The notes below the pieces were generated by a model. The model searched no databases. It saw only the letters and a program-made list of their open reading frames with translations, and was not told where the DNA came from. Position numbers and translations under genes: made by a program. From positions 1,052,464 to 1,116,463 of the forward strand of contig SCUJ01000006.1 of the NCBI GenBank assembly GCA_004297165.1: 64,000 nucleotides of DNA, given 5' to 3'. Within the stretch, counting starts at the first letter, position 1. The number at the start of each line of letters is the position of its first letter. Positions 1 to 10,314 of this stretch are shown piece after piece. Source of the stretch: Gammaproteobacteria bacterium. Its GTDB lineage: Bacteria; Pseudomonadota; Gammaproteobacteria; Eutrophobiales; Eutrophobiaceae.

Positions 1-1254
1 CCGCGCTCCAGCGAACGCTGGATCGCCTCGAAGACCACGATGCTGTTGTCCACCAGCATGCCGATGCCGATGGCGAGACCCAGCAGCGTCACCAGATTCA
101 ACGTGTAACCGGAGAGATACAGGATCGCGCCCGCGATCAGGAGGCTCACGGGCACCGCCACCGCGACCACCACGACGGCGCGCGCCTCGCGCAGGAACAG
201 GTACAACACGACGAGGGCAATCACGAAGCCCGAGAGGGCCAGCGATTTCAGGCGATCCAGTTGTTCCTCGACGGTGCTGGCGGCATCGAACCCGATCCGG
301 AAATCGATGCCGAACGGGGCGTACTCGCGCTGCAATTCCTCGATCCGCGTGCGCATGGCGCGCCCGAGTTGCACCAGATTTGCGCCCTCGTCCTGAAATA
401 CCAGCAGTCCGACGGCGGTCTTGCCGTTGACCCTGAATACGCTCTCCTGCCGCGCCGTGCCCATTTCGATTTCGGCAACATGCCGCAACAACACCGGCCG
501 CTCGGGGATCAGGCGGATCTCCCCGAGCGCGGCCAGCCCGCGCGGCCGGCCGTCCAGTATGACTTCCACTCGCCGGCTGTGATCCTTGGCCCCGCCGAGA
601 TAACGCAGACGCCGCACGGACCTGCCGAGCGCCTCCGTCACTTGCTCGGCGCGCACCCCAAGCGCCGCGCAGCGGTCGGGGTCGATCCAGATGGTCACCT
701 CGCGCGGCGCGCCTCCATTCACCCACACCTGGCTGATCCCCGGCAGGGCCGCCACCCGCGGCTGGATCTGTTCATCCACCAGATCGCGCAGGACGTTCTC
801 GTCGTGATCGCCCATGACCTGAACAATCATTACGAAGCGGCTCAGGGCCGATAGGTCCTGGGAGGATACATTTATAAATGTGCCTTCCGGCTGGGTGCGG
901 TTGAGTTCCGCGGCGATCTGTCGCAGTTCCAATTCCCGCGTCTTGTGATCGCTGCCCCGTTCGAATTGCATTTGCATGCTGCCCCGGTCGCCGTTCACCT
1001 CGCCCCAGGTTTCTTCCAGGCCGGCCAGTTCCCCGGCGCGCGCTTCGAGCGGCATCAGGATCTCGCGCTCCACGGTGTCGGGGTCGGAACCTGGCCGCTG
1101 AAATTGCACATACAACTGCTCGCCGCTTATCGCGGGCAATAACTCGACGGGGATGCGGTACCAGGCATACAGACCGAGCAGCGCCAGCGCGAGGAAAAAC
1201 ATCGACACCGCCATGGGGCGCTGGATGAGCAAGGCGAACGGGCTGCGTTGCATA
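1..1254 (-). CDS. RND efflux permease (AcrB/MdtC-like); only the N-terminal ~418 aa lie in the window, the 3' end runs off the window start
   Basis: Hand translation of the minus strand from the ATG at 1254 gives MQRSPFALLIQRPMAVSMFFLALALLGLYAWYRIPVELLP..., a typical HAE1/RND N-terminus (TM1 plus large periplasmic loop). It is absent from the ORF track because there is no stop inside the window. It starts 10 nt after the stop of the upstream RND gene. Confidence 0.75.
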
Positions 1255-1264
1255 CGCTGTGACT

Positions 1265-4200
1265 TCAACGAGGGCGCAGTCGATCGAGCGCCATATACAA
1301 GCAGGGGGTCAGCGTCAAAGAACTGATCGTCGAGGTGATGATGCCGCCGATAATGACCAATGCCATCGGACTGCGTAATTGCGCGGCCTCGCCGCTGCCG
1401 AGCGCCAGGGGAACCATTGCCAGCGCCGTGGTTGCCGAGGTCATAAGGATGGGGCGCAGTCGTAGTGAAGCCGCCTTCGCCAGGGCTTTGCGCCGCTCCA
1501 TCCCATCCTGGATAAGCTGTTGCGCCATCGTCGCGAGGAGAATGGCGTCATTTACCGCGACTCCCGCCAGTACGATCAAACCGAGCATCGCCATGATGCC
1601 GATGGGATCGCCCAGTGGCACGAATATCATCGCCACGCCTATCAGTCCCGCCGGTATCGCGCTGAGCACGGTCAGCGGGTGCAATAAAGATTCGAAGGTT
1701 CCCGCCAGCACCATCAGCACCAGTAATATCGCCAGCAACCCGGCCCAGGTTAGATCCCTGGTGGTTTGTTGCCGTTCCAGCTCCTCGCCCGCCAGGCTGG
1801 CTTCAAGTCCGGCCGGCAAATCCGTGGCCGCCAGCGCGTTCGCAACCGCCGTTCGCGCCTGTGGCACCGTGTAACCCGGCGCAATGCGGGCGGTGACCTG
1901 CGCGATCCGCCGTTGATCCTTGCGGAATATCTCCCGGGCCCCGGCCTCTGCCTTCAATTCGGCTACATCGCCGATAGTCAGGCGCTGGCCGTTGCGGCCC
2001 GTGAACGGCAGCGACAACAACTCATCCGGACCGACCTTGGGCAGCATCAGCATGACATCCCGCTCCTCGTCACCCATGGTGATGGTCGTGACCTTCAAAC
2101 CTTCCAGCGAGGTCTCCAACACGGACCCGACGGTCTCGAGATCCACCCCCAGCCCGTCCGCGAGCGTCTGGCGCAGGTTGATGCGCATCTCCGGCGGCGC
2201 GCCTTCGAAGGACGAGCGGACATTCCACAGCGCCTTTTCCCCGGCAAGGCTGGCCTGCACCCGCTCGGCGCCCAGGCGCAGATCATCGAGGGAATTGCCG
2301 GTGATCGCGACCGTGATTGGCGGGCCCGTGGCGCCCAGCGCGCTGGCCAGGGCGGAATTGCCGACCTCCCAGGCGATCTCCGTCCCGTACAATTCCGCGA
2401 CCGCCGGGATCGCCGCCCGGACTATCGCCCCGGCCGGCTGGCCGCCGGCAGCCAACCGGACGCGCATCTCGGCGGTGTTCTCCTCGGTCTGCACCTCGCG
2501 GATCAGTCGATCATCCTCGGGCAGCCGGCCGACCTCGGACAGGATCGCCTCCACATCGCCGGCGGCGACTTCCTTCAGGATGGATTCGATGAGCGCGACG
2601 ACCTCGGCGGTGGCCTCCACCTTCTGACCGGGCGGTCCCACCACGCGCAGACTGAACTGGCGCGGATCGGCGGGCGGGAGTAACTCGGTCCCCAGCCGGT
2701 ACAACGACCCTACGGCGATGACCGAGAGGACCGTGCTGACGACGACGACAGTCCAGGGTCTGCCCAGCAATTGATACACCATGACTTCCAGCCGTTTACT
2801 GCCGGGATCGACATCACGAGTCTTCTCGCGCGGCAGCAACCAGACGGAAAGCGCCGGGATTAGCAATACCGCAACCACGAGGGAAACCAAAACGGAAACC
2901 ACCACCGTGAAGGCGATTCCGCTGACCAGTCTGGCGGCCATCCCCTCGATAAAAATCACCGGCAGGAACACGACACAGTGCGTCAGCGTGCTGGCGACAA
3001 TGGCGCCGGCAACGATGCCGGCGCCCCGGGCCGCCGCCTGTATTGGCGCATCGCCCGCGGCCCGGCGGCGGAAGATGCTCTCCATGACCACGATGGCGTT
3101 ATCCATCAGCATCCCGGCGCCGAGCGCCAGACCGCCGAGCGTCATCAGGTTGAGGCTGTGCCCGGCGAAGCCGAGGCTGAAGACCGTGGCGAGCAGCGAC
3201 ACCGGCACGGACACCGAGACAATCAGGATGGGCGCCGGACTGCGCAGGAACAGAAACAGGACCGCGATGGCGAGTGCGATGCCGATCATGGCCGCGTTTT
3301 CCACATCGGCGATGGCATCCTCCACCAGCGCGGCCTCGTCCGCGATGACCTTGACCTCGAGTCCCGGCAGATCCGCATCGAGTCCATTCAGCGCCTCGCG
3401 CACCATGCGCGACACCGTGACGGTGTTGGCGCCCGCCTCCTTGTAAACGGACAGGCCCACGCCCTCGATGCCGTCCACGCGCACGAGGTGTTTGATATCG
3501 GCATCGGCCAGCGCCACCTCGCCCAGATCGGCGACATGCACCGGAACGACGCCCCGCTGGCCGGTGTCGACATAACTCACCACCACCCGGCCGATATCCT
3601 CCGGACCGGTGAACCGTGACAATCCCCTGACCAGGAATACATGATCGGCCTCCGCCAGCGTGCCGGCGTTGATGTCGATGTTGGTGGCGCTGATCCGGTT
3701 GCGCACGTCATTGATGGTGAGCCCGTAAGCCTCGATCCGCGCGCGGTCCAGCCGCACCTGCACCTCGCGTTCACGGCCGCCGGTCACCCGGACCTCGGCC
3801 ACGCCCTGCAACTGCTCCAGGGCCGGGGCAATCTGGCGCTCGGCCTGCTCGCGCAGATCGGCGAGATCCGTGCGCTCGTTGACGGCGACGAGACCGAGCG
3901 TCAGCACCGGCAGTTGCCGCGGATCGAAGCGGCGGACTCGCACCTCATCCACATCCGGGTCCGCGGCGATCGGCGCGACTGCCCGGTTCACCTCCACCAG
4001 GCCGAGATCGATATCGGCATTCCAGTCGAAGGTCACCCGCGTGATTAATTGCCCCGAGCGGGCGATCTGATCCACCGCGCGCAGTCCGCGCACGGTGAAG
4101 AGCAGTTGTTCGATGCGCTCGCCGTACAACTGTTCCATCTCCACGGCGGGACGCTCGCCGGAACTGACGGATACGAGCACGGTGGGACTTTGAATGTCCG

Positions 4201-4315
4201 GGAAGAGATCCAGCGGCAGGCCGCGCCAGGAGACGCAGCCGAGGACCACCACGACCACGGCGAACACGGTCATCGCTACCGGGCGGCGGGCCGCGATGCC
4301 TGCGAGGTATTCCAT
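1265..4315 (-). CDS. RND efflux permease, HAE1 family (AcrB/MdtB-like), 1016 aa
   Basis: 1016-aa ORF starting MEYLAGIAARRPVAMTVFAVVVVVLG.... Length and TM-rich segments match the 12-TM RND topology. In tandem with a second RND gene, as in MdtBC-type pumps. Confidence 0.85.
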   Translation of the reverse strand: MEYLAGIAARRPVAMTVFAVVVVVLGCVSWRGLPLDLFPDIQSPTVLVSVSSGERPAVEMEQLYGERIEQLLFTVRGLRAVDQIARSGQLITRVTFDWNADIDLGLVEVNRAVAPIAADPDVDEVRVRRFDPRQLPVLTLGLVAVNERTDLADLREQAERQIAPALEQLQGVAEVRVTGGREREVQVRLDRARIEAYGLTINDVRNRISATNIDINAGTLAEADHVFLVRGLSRFTGPEDIGRVVVSYVDTGQRGVVPVHVADLGEVALADADIKHLVRVDGIEGVGLSVYKEAGANTVTVSRMVREALNGLDADLPGLEVKVIADEAALVEDAIADVENAAMIGIALAIAVLFLFLRSPAPILIVSVSVPVSLLATVFSLGFAGHSLNLMTLGGLALGAGMLMDNAIVVMESIFRRRAAGDAPIQAAARGAGIVAGAIVASTLTHCVVFLPVIFIEGMAARLVSGIAFTVVVSVLVSLVVAVLLIPALSVWLLPREKTRDVDPGSKRLEVMVYQLLGRPWTVVVVSTVLSVIAVGSLYRLGTELLPPADPRQFSLRVVGPPGQKVEATAEVVALIESILKEVAAGDVEAILSEVGRLPEDDRLIREVQTEENTAEMRVRLAAGGQPAGAIVRAAIPAVAELYGTEIAWEVGNSALASALGATGPPITVAITGNSLDDLRLGAERVQASLAGEKALWNVRSSFEGAPPEMRINLRQTLADGLGVDLETVGSVLETSLEGLKVTTITMGDEERDVMLMLPKVGPDELLSLPFTGRNGQRLTIGDVAELKAEAGAREIFRKDQRRIAQVTARIAPGYTVPQARTAVANALAATDLPAGLEASLAGEELERQQTTRDLTWAGLLAILLVLMVLAGTFESLLHPLTVLSAIPAGLIGVAMIFVPLGDPIGIMAMLGLIVLAGVAVNDAILLATMAQQLIQDGMERRKALAKAASLRLRPILMTSATTALAMVPLALGSGEAAQLRSPMALVIIGGIITSTISSLTLTPCLYMALDRLRPR

Positions 4316-4320
4316 TACTT

Positions 4321-5493
4321 CTATTGACCGGTCACGCGGACATGCATCTGATCGGTGAGCGTCTCCAGCCCCCGTACGACGACGCGATCGCCGGGTTCGA
4401 CGCCCTTGCTCACTTCCACTTGCGTATCATCGCCGAGGCCGACCGTAACCTCCTGCTGCGCCACGCGCTGGCCGCGCAGCACGAACACTACCCGCTTGCC
4501 GCCGCGCTCGGCGAGCGCCCGGCGGGGTATCACCGGGACCTGCTCGCGGCGCTCCCCGATCAGGGTCACCTCCACGAACATGCCCGGTCGCAGCAGGCCG
4601 TCGCCGTTTTCGATCTCCACTTCCGCGCGCACGGCGCGGGTCTTCTGATCGATGGTCGGGGAGAGCCGCAGCACCTTGCCCTTGAAATCCCGATCCGGCC
4701 AGGCGTGATAACGGGCGTGCGCCTCCATGCCGGGGCGCACGGCGGCGATGTCCTCGCCCACCAGATCGATATCGGCTATCAGGACATTCAGCGGCGCGAT
4801 CTGGGCGATCATCTGGCCGGGATTGACCTGTTGCCCGTTCGCAAGCAACTGACCCGTATCATCCCTGGCCAGTTTCAGGATCGCGCCGTCGATCGGCGTG
4901 ACCAGGACATTCCGGCTGAGATTGTGGCGGGCCCGCTCCAGTTCCAGTTTGGCCTCCTCGAAGATGTCTTCCTTGGATTTCAACTCGTTCTGCGACACAT
5001 ACAGGCCCCGCTCATGGATCTTCCGGGCGGATTCGAGTTCGCTCGAGGCGGCTGCGTAGTGTGTCTGCGCGGCGGTCAGGCGGGCGGCAAGGCGCACATC
5101 CTCGCCGACAATCCGGGCGATCTCGTCGCCCGCATGCACCAGGTCGCCTTCGGCCAGACGGCCGGACGGTCCTGCGCCGATCTCCAGCCGGCCGGTCATC
5201 AACACGTCGAGCGTGATGACCTCGGTCACCCGCAGCGTGCCGGAGGAGAGGATGCGATCTTCCACGGTCGCGGTGCCGACGGGCTCGACCGACACGGGCA
5301 CGCGAAATTCCACCTCCTGGTTCTGCATGCCGGGATCGCAGGCCGCGAGCAGGCCGGCCAGGGCAAAGACCAGCGTAACCTGGATGAAATGAAATGGAAT
5401 CCAGGAAAGGATTCTCCTACAGCTTTTTGACGATACAACCCCCTCTCCCACCGGGAGACGACTACCGGGGTGAGGGCCGTATATTAGCGTCAT
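4321..5493 (-). CDS. RND/efflux periplasmic adaptor subunit (membrane fusion protein, HlyD/AcrA family), probable lipoprotein
   Basis: 390-aa ORF with a lipobox-like LAGLLAACD, beta-barrel/lipoyl-like and coiled-coil segments. The ATG at 5493 overlaps the TGA of the upstream permease gene (ATGA overlap). Confidence 0.8.
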   Translation of the reverse strand: MTLIYGPHPGSRLPVGEGVVSSKSCRRILSWIPFHFIQVTLVFALAGLLAACDPGMQNQEVEFRVPVSVEPVGTATVEDRILSSGTLRVTEVITLDVLMTGRLEIGAGPSGRLAEGDLVHAGDEIARIVGEDVRLAARLTAAQTHYAAASSELESARKIHERGLYVSQNELKSKEDIFEEAKLELERARHNLSRNVLVTPIDGAILKLARDDTGQLLANGQQVNPGQMIAQIAPLNVLIADIDLVGEDIAAVRPGMEAHARYHAWPDRDFKGKVLRLSPTIDQKTRAVRAEVEIENGDGLLRPGMFVEVTLIGERREQVPVIPRRALAERGGKRVVFVLRGQRVAQQEVTVGLGDDTQVEVSKGVEPGDRVVVRGLETLTDQMHVRVTGQ

Positions 5494-8400
5494 TGCGCAA
5501 TCTCCTGTTCGTCCTGTTTGGCGTCATCGGTATTGTTTCCGTTCGCGGGCGACCAGGCGATGGCGTCGGCGACCACCAGCGTTCCGTCCGTCTTGTCGGT
5601 AAGCTCGACGCTAACCTCGCCCGCGGGCAGATAATATTCTCCGACCAGGATCCAGCCATTGATGCTGCCGTTGGCGTTGAAATTGACTTCCTCCCGGCCC
5701 TCCGCCGTGACAATGGTCAGCGGCCAGATGCCGCGCCTGTCAGGCGGTATATAAGGTATCAACGGCATGTGGAACTCCAGCTCCCAGTTGCCGGCAGCGG
5801 GGATCTGCGCCTTCATGATGACGCGATTGTCCCCTTTGCCCGGCCGGATATAGGCCAGCGTGTGCCGGTAACGGCCGAAGGTATTGCGTCCGGCGCGGCG
5901 ACGCCATTCCGCCGGGATGCCCTGGCCGGTGGCCACGGGCAGACCCTGATCTTCGCCGGCATCGATCCCCTGGCCCAGCAAACGCATGCCCGAGACCTTC
6001 GCGCCCATGACCGCCGAGAAGCCCGGGTCCAGATCGTCCACGATGATGCGATCGTCGGAACCCTGGTCCCAGGGCGTTGGCATTACGCCGTTGACGGGTT
6101 CGACCTGCCGCTCCTGGATGTCCTCCGTAGCCAGCGTCTGCGCCAGGAAATCCTCCCGGTTCAGCGCCAGGTACGGTTCGACGTAGACGGCGACCGGCGG
6201 CTTGGACAGGACCGTGCCGAAACGGACCGCCGATCGGCCGTCAACCCGGAAGGGTTCGCTGCGGGTCCGGTTGGCATAGTCCTGTTGATCTTCCGCGGTC
6301 ATGGTCCAGGCGACCCGCGCGAAACCGGTCACCGGCTCGTCGTTGCGCACGCGCACCAGCAACTGGTATGCGCTCTCGCCGCTTTCGGTGTCTGGCAACC
6401 GGTAAAACTCGACGTTATCCGCGATGAAGCCGGGAAGATCGGCGGTGCCGAACCAATCGTCGAACAGCGCGCCGAGATCCCCGCCCGCGCCCGCGGCGGC
6501 GGTCACGAGGTCCGTGCGGGTGAAGGATTGTCCCGCGCGCTCCTTCAGCAGTTGCGCCAGCATCCGGCCGGTGGTCTCAGGCCCCAGGCTGTCATAGATC
6601 GCCTGCGCCAGTTTGCCGGCCTTCAGCGTCAGCACATCGATGGTCTTCTGCGGGTCGGCGTAGGGATCGAGGTCGGATAGCGGCGTCTGCAACGCCGCGT
6701 CCCACACCTTGGTTTGCGTGGTAAAGGCGGTGATGAGCGCATCGGTGACGCTGCTCGCGCCGCGGCCCTGGATGGAGTTGATGACGCTGGTCGCCGTCTG
6801 ATTTATAGAGGTGAAGAGATGGGCGGAGAAATAACTGCGCTGGCCCGAGAGGATCAGCGTCGCGAGTTCTTCCAGGGTGTAATCGAGCGCGATGGCGTCC
6901 GGTCCGTAGGCCGAGGTCCGGTGGGCGTAGATCGATTGCGCCGCCCCGGTGAACAGGTTGCCGCCGGAGACGTCGTTGTTGAAGAAGCCGATCAGGCGGT
7001 CGCGATCGATGCGGGCCTTGCCGCCTTCCTGATCGAAATCCCGCTTGTTGCCGAAACTGTTGCCGATATCGAAATCGAACCGCGCCGTCGGGAACCCGCT
7101 CTCCCGCAGCAACATGAGTCCGGGCGGCGCGAGCGCGGTGTTGAGGCGCCAGCCGCCCTGGAACGACCGCAGCCGGGACGGCACTTCCACCAGCGTGAAG
7201 GCGTCAAAGGGATAGTCCAGACCCGCCGTGCGATTAATCTCCAGGCGATCCGCGACCCAGCGCTCCACTTCATCGCGCGATTCTCCCAGCAAGGCAAGGT
7301 TCTGGTCATGATCGGGATGGACCAGGACCTCGAAATTTATACCGTCGATCTCGGTCGCATAACTCTTGAATTCGGAGGCAAGCAACGCCACTTCGGGCAG
7401 ATCCACCCTGGGCGCGAACCGGAACCTGGCCTGGTCCGCGCTCTTATCGATCGGCGTTCGTTTGCCCGGACCCGCCACGATCCAGTCGGATGGAACTCCA
7501 ACCTCGAGGTCGATGGTAAAAAAGTCCCGCCGCCGTTTGCGCGTATCGTCCCTGCCCACCGCGGCGCCCGCCGAGGGCAGCCAGTGGATTCCTGGCATCA
7601 GCGCCACGTACCGGCGATCGAAGACCCCGGGTTCGAAACCGAGTAATCCGACCTGGGCGTCCGACGTCTTGAGGTTTTCCATCTTCAACGAGCTGTCGAG
7701 ATAGGCGAAAAAGACCACCGGACTGCCATGATATTCCAGCGCGAGATCCAGCGATTCCCCCGCCGGGAGGGGCTGTGGCAACTGGATATCGAGCAGGCCA
7801 TCGGCGTGCGTTATCGAGAGCGCCGCACCGTCGCCGGCGCTCGCACTGTCGACCGTGAAGCCTGGGTTAAGGGTGAACAGCAGTTTATCGAGCCCCATCT
7901 CCGCCGGGGCTTGCAGCCGTATTCGCAGCTTGACGGTCAGGTTCTTGCCCGGCTCGATGCCTACGGACCCGCTGAGCGTTTGGAGATCCGGGAACGGGTC
8001 CGCGACGCGGGCGGTATGCGCCGCCGTCCACCGCTCCGCACGGGCCAGGGCATTGCCGCGCATCCCGGAGGCGCCTGCGAGCGACGCCAGCCCGATGATC
8101 ATCAAACCGGCTGAGATTCCCGCGGTCAAACCACGCCGACCGCCGTCCAGACGGGGATGAATGACCGCCGCGATCCCGACCAGGCCCAACGCAAAGGCCA
8201 GGTAGCCGGCGCGCTGCAACCAGCCTTCGGGCCGCAACATCGAGGGGACGATATCCGAGGGAAAATCCATCATGGTCATGCCGAGAAAATCGACGTAGGG
8301 CGCATGGATCGCCGGCCACGTGATGGTCGCCCAGTACATCCCGGCAAGCAGGGCCACCGACAGCAAGGCGGCGATCAAACGGTGCCGGACCAGCAAGGTA

Positions 8401-8933
8401 ATCGTGAAGACCAGGGCAAAGTTGAAGGCGAGCGCCGGGAGCGTCATCGGCAGCGCGAAACCGATGAGCGATACGGGTTCGATCGCCCGGCCAAGGGGCG
8501 AACCCACCAGCGGCAGGAGCCAGCCCAGGGTTTGCAGCAGCAGCGCGAGGAGTATCACCGGGATCCACGCGCAGAGCAGCAACCCGATGAATCTCCCCGC
8601 GATCAATTCAAGGTTGGTCAGCGGCCTGGCATCGAGGACTTCCACCATGCTCTCCCGGACATCGCGGGCGCGGACATCGAAGGCGAGGAAGATGACGCCT
8701 ATGGTAAAGCCGGTAAGGTAGACCGAGCCGATGGCGCTGACGAGATAACGCGGATTGATCATGCCGATGGTCGGGGAAAACGCGGAACCGAAGGCGTGGA
8801 TGGCGCTGTAATAAAAGAACAGCAGCAGACCGCCGCCGAAGGCCAGGGCAAGAAACAGCCAATAACGGGTCAAACGCCGGGTCAGACGGGCCTCAGTCCG
8901 CGCAACCGCCAGTATCTTTGTCACATCGATCAT
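5490..8933 (-). CDS. ABC-2 family transporter permease (N-terminal ~330 aa, multi-TM) fused to a large C-terminal extracytoplasmic domain resembling an M1 aminopeptidase-N fold; no HExxH seen, so probably catalytically inactive
   Basis: Long ORF. N-terminus MIDVTKILAVARTEARLTRRLTRYWLFLALAFGG..., with 6-7 hydrophobic helices. GGAGGAG RBS 7 nt upstream of the ATG at 8933 (the ORF track's 8993 start is less likely). The C-terminal ~800 aa resemble 'ABC transporter permease/M1 family aminopeptidase' fusion proteins, but I could not find HExxH. Confidence 0.55.
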   Translation of the reverse strand: MIDVTKILAVARTEARLTRRLTRYWLFLALAFGGGLLLFFYYSAIHAFGSAFSPTIGMINPRYLVSAIGSVYLTGFTIGVIFLAFDVRARDVRESMVEVLDARPLTNLELIAGRFIGLLLCAWIPVILLALLLQTLGWLLPLVGSPLGRAIEPVSLIGFALPMTLPALAFNFALVFTITLLVRHRLIAALLSVALLAGMYWATITWPAIHAPYVDFLGMTMMDFPSDIVPSMLRPEGWLQRAGYLAFALGLVGIAAVIHPRLDGGRRGLTAGISAGLMIIGLASLAGASGMRGNALARAERWTAAHTARVADPFPDLQTLSGSVGIEPGKNLTVKLRIRLQAPAEMGLDKLLFTLNPGFTVDSASAGDGAALSITHADGLLDIQLPQPLPAGESLDLALEYHGSPVVFFAYLDSSLKMENLKTSDAQVGLLGFEPGVFDRRYVALMPGIHWLPSAGAAVGRDDTRKRRRDFFTIDLEVGVPSDWIVAGPGKRTPIDKSADQARFRFAPRVDLPEVALLASEFKSYATEIDGINFEVLVHPDHDQNLALLGESRDEVERWVADRLEINRTAGLDYPFDAFTLVEVPSRLRSFQGGWRLNTALAPPGLMLLRESGFPTARFDFDIGNSFGNKRDFDQEGGKARIDRDRLIGFFNNDVSGGNLFTGAAQSIYAHRTSAYGPDAIALDYTLEELATLILSGQRSYFSAHLFTSINQTATSVINSIQGRGASSVTDALITAFTTQTKVWDAALQTPLSDLDPYADPQKTIDVLTLKAGKLAQAIYDSLGPETTGRMLAQLLKERAGQSFTRTDLVTAAAGAGGDLGALFDDWFGTADLPGFIADNVEFYRLPDTESGESAYQLLVRVRNDEPVTGFARVAWTMTAEDQQDYANRTRSEPFRVDGRSAVRFGTVLSKPPVAVYVEPYLALNREDFLAQTLATEDIQERQVEPVNGVMPTPWDQGSDDRIIVDDLDPGFSAVMGAKVSGMRLLGQGIDAGEDQGLPVATGQGIPAEWRRRAGRNTFGRYRHTLAYIRPGKGDNRVIMKAQIPAAGNWELEFHMPLIPYIPPDRRGIWPLTIVTAEGREEVNFNANGSINGWILVGEYYLPAGEVSVELTDKTDGTLVVADAIAWSPANGNNTDDAKQDEQEIAQ

Positions 8934-8961
8934 TTGCATTCTCCTCCGCGCCCGCGCCGGA

Positions 8962-9879
8962 TCAGTTGTCTGCCATCGCCAGTTCTTCGACATGGCGGCC
9001 GCGGCCGGCCATGAACGCGAGATAGGCCTCTTCGAGCGTGATATCCTCGACCAGCCTGGCCCCCGCGGGCCCGGTCCCTTCCTTGATCACGCCGCGCAAG
9101 GTCACAAGGCCATTCTTGAATGTCCGGGCGACGATCTCCATCCGCTCCCCCGCCTCCGCCTCCGCGGTTTCGGGCACCGTTATCTCGCACACCTTGTTGC
9201 GCGCGAGCGCGACGAGTTCGGACGGAGAACCGCGAAATTGGAGTTTGCCGTGATCGATCAAGGCAAGGTCCGAGCAACCCGACCCCAGATCGGCGACGAT
9301 GTGGGTGGAGAGAACGATGACGCGGTCCCGGCTGAGGTCGGTCATGAGTTGACGGAAACGCAGACGCTCCTCCGGGTCGAGCCCGACGGTCGGCTCGTCC
9401 ATGATCAACACCCTGGGTTCATGCACCAGGGCCTGCGCCACGCCGAGCCTTCTAAGCATGCCGCCGGAGAGTTGTTTCACCTTGCGATCGGCGACCTTCT
9501 CCAGACCGACGGACGCGAGCACCGCCGCGATGCGTTGTCCGCGGGACTTGCCATCCTTCATGCCGGAGAGCATGGCCAGGGTATCCAGGACCTCCTCCAC
9601 GCACTGCAACCTCCAGGCGCCGAATTCCTGGGGCAGATAGCCCAGCAGATTACGCACCGCGCGCCGGTTCTCCACCACGTCCATCCCGTCAACCGTGACC
9701 CGGCCGCGCGTCGGCGCGAGCAAGGTGCAGATGATCCGCATGAAGGTGCTCTTGCCGGCGCCATTGGAACCGAGCAGTCCGAACAATCCGGCGTCGATCT
9801 CCAGATTCACTCCGTCCAGCGCGACCGTGCCGCCGCGATAGACGTGCCCAAGATTTTCCGCAACGATCATACTGGCCAT
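8962..9879 (-). CDS. ABC transporter ATP-binding protein (ABC-2 type exporter ATPase)
   Basis: Walker A GSNGAGKST, ABC signature LSGGMLRR, Walker B VLIMDEP, H-loop STH. Confidence 0.9.
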   Translation of the reverse strand: MASMIVAENLGHVYRGGTVALDGVNLEIDAGLFGLLGSNGAGKSTFMRIICTLLAPTRGRVTVDGMDVVENRRAVRNLLGYLPQEFGAWRLQCVEEVLDTLAMLSGMKDGKSRGQRIAAVLASVGLEKVADRKVKQLSGGMLRRLGVAQALVHEPRVLIMDEPTVGLDPEERLRFRQLMTDLSRDRVIVLSTHIVADLGSGCSDLALIDHGKLQFRGSPSELVALARNKVCEITVPETAEAEAGERMEIVARTFKNGLVTLRGVIKEGTGPAGARLVEDITLEEAYLAFMAGRGRHVEELAMADN

Positions 9880-9943
9880 AAACGTGCATCCTCATCTATG
9901 CATATTTAAAGAGTAGGCGAATTGTACAACGATTGTCGTTATG

Positions 9944-9991
9944 GTGTTATATGCAACTATAACACTTATCGCATCACCTCCAATGCGATAA
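9944..9991. promoter_or_regulatory. Two abutting perfect palindromes (GTGTTATA-TGCAAC-TATAACAC, then TTATCGCAT-CACCTCCA-ATGCGATAA) in the divergent promoter region between the ABC/RND operon and the acyl-CoA synthetase gene; candidate operator sites
   Basis: Seen directly: 8-6-8 palindrome at 9944-9965 followed immediately by a 9-8-9 palindrome at 9966-9991, 65-110 bp upstream of the ABC ATPase start codon. Confidence 0.35.
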
Positions 9992-10314
9992 TTTCAGGGT
10001 GAGACTGGCGACGCTGACAGATCACCCAACCGGAGTGCGTGAATTAGATTTCGGATCGCCCAGTGCCCGATAAAAAATTTCACTCCGTACCCCCTCGCCC
10101 TGATTCTACAACCATCGTCTCCATGAATGTCACTCGGTATTCGGCGGGCGTCGCTCAAGACTCGGTCAGTGACGCCATGTTCCGCGTTCAATAATTACCG
10201 GGTAATGGTATGTTCAGATTGGCCCCAGGTCCGTAAAATACTTTTTTATCCGAATCCGGCCGCCACGGCTGGATTGGTTCGATAATAATCATAACGTTTA
10301 CGGGAGTAGTGCAT

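Noticed and set aside
261-854. Plus-strand 197-aa ORF (and other overlapping ORFs such as 1335-1874, 1766-2683, 2781-3446) within the RND genes
   Set aside because: Antisense or alternative-frame ORFs inside long, confidently identified RND genes; a typical high-GC artefact with Arg/Ala/Pro-rich low-complexity translations.
5394-6680. Plus-strand 428-aa ORF antisense to the ABC-2 permease fusion gene
   Set aside because: Shadow ORF; the opposite-strand translation has coherent TM and domain structure.
5490-8933. Calling the ABC permease fusion an active M1 aminopeptidase
   Set aside because: I could not find an HExxH...E zinc-binding signature or a GxMEN exopeptidase motif in the translation, so only the fold resemblance is reported.
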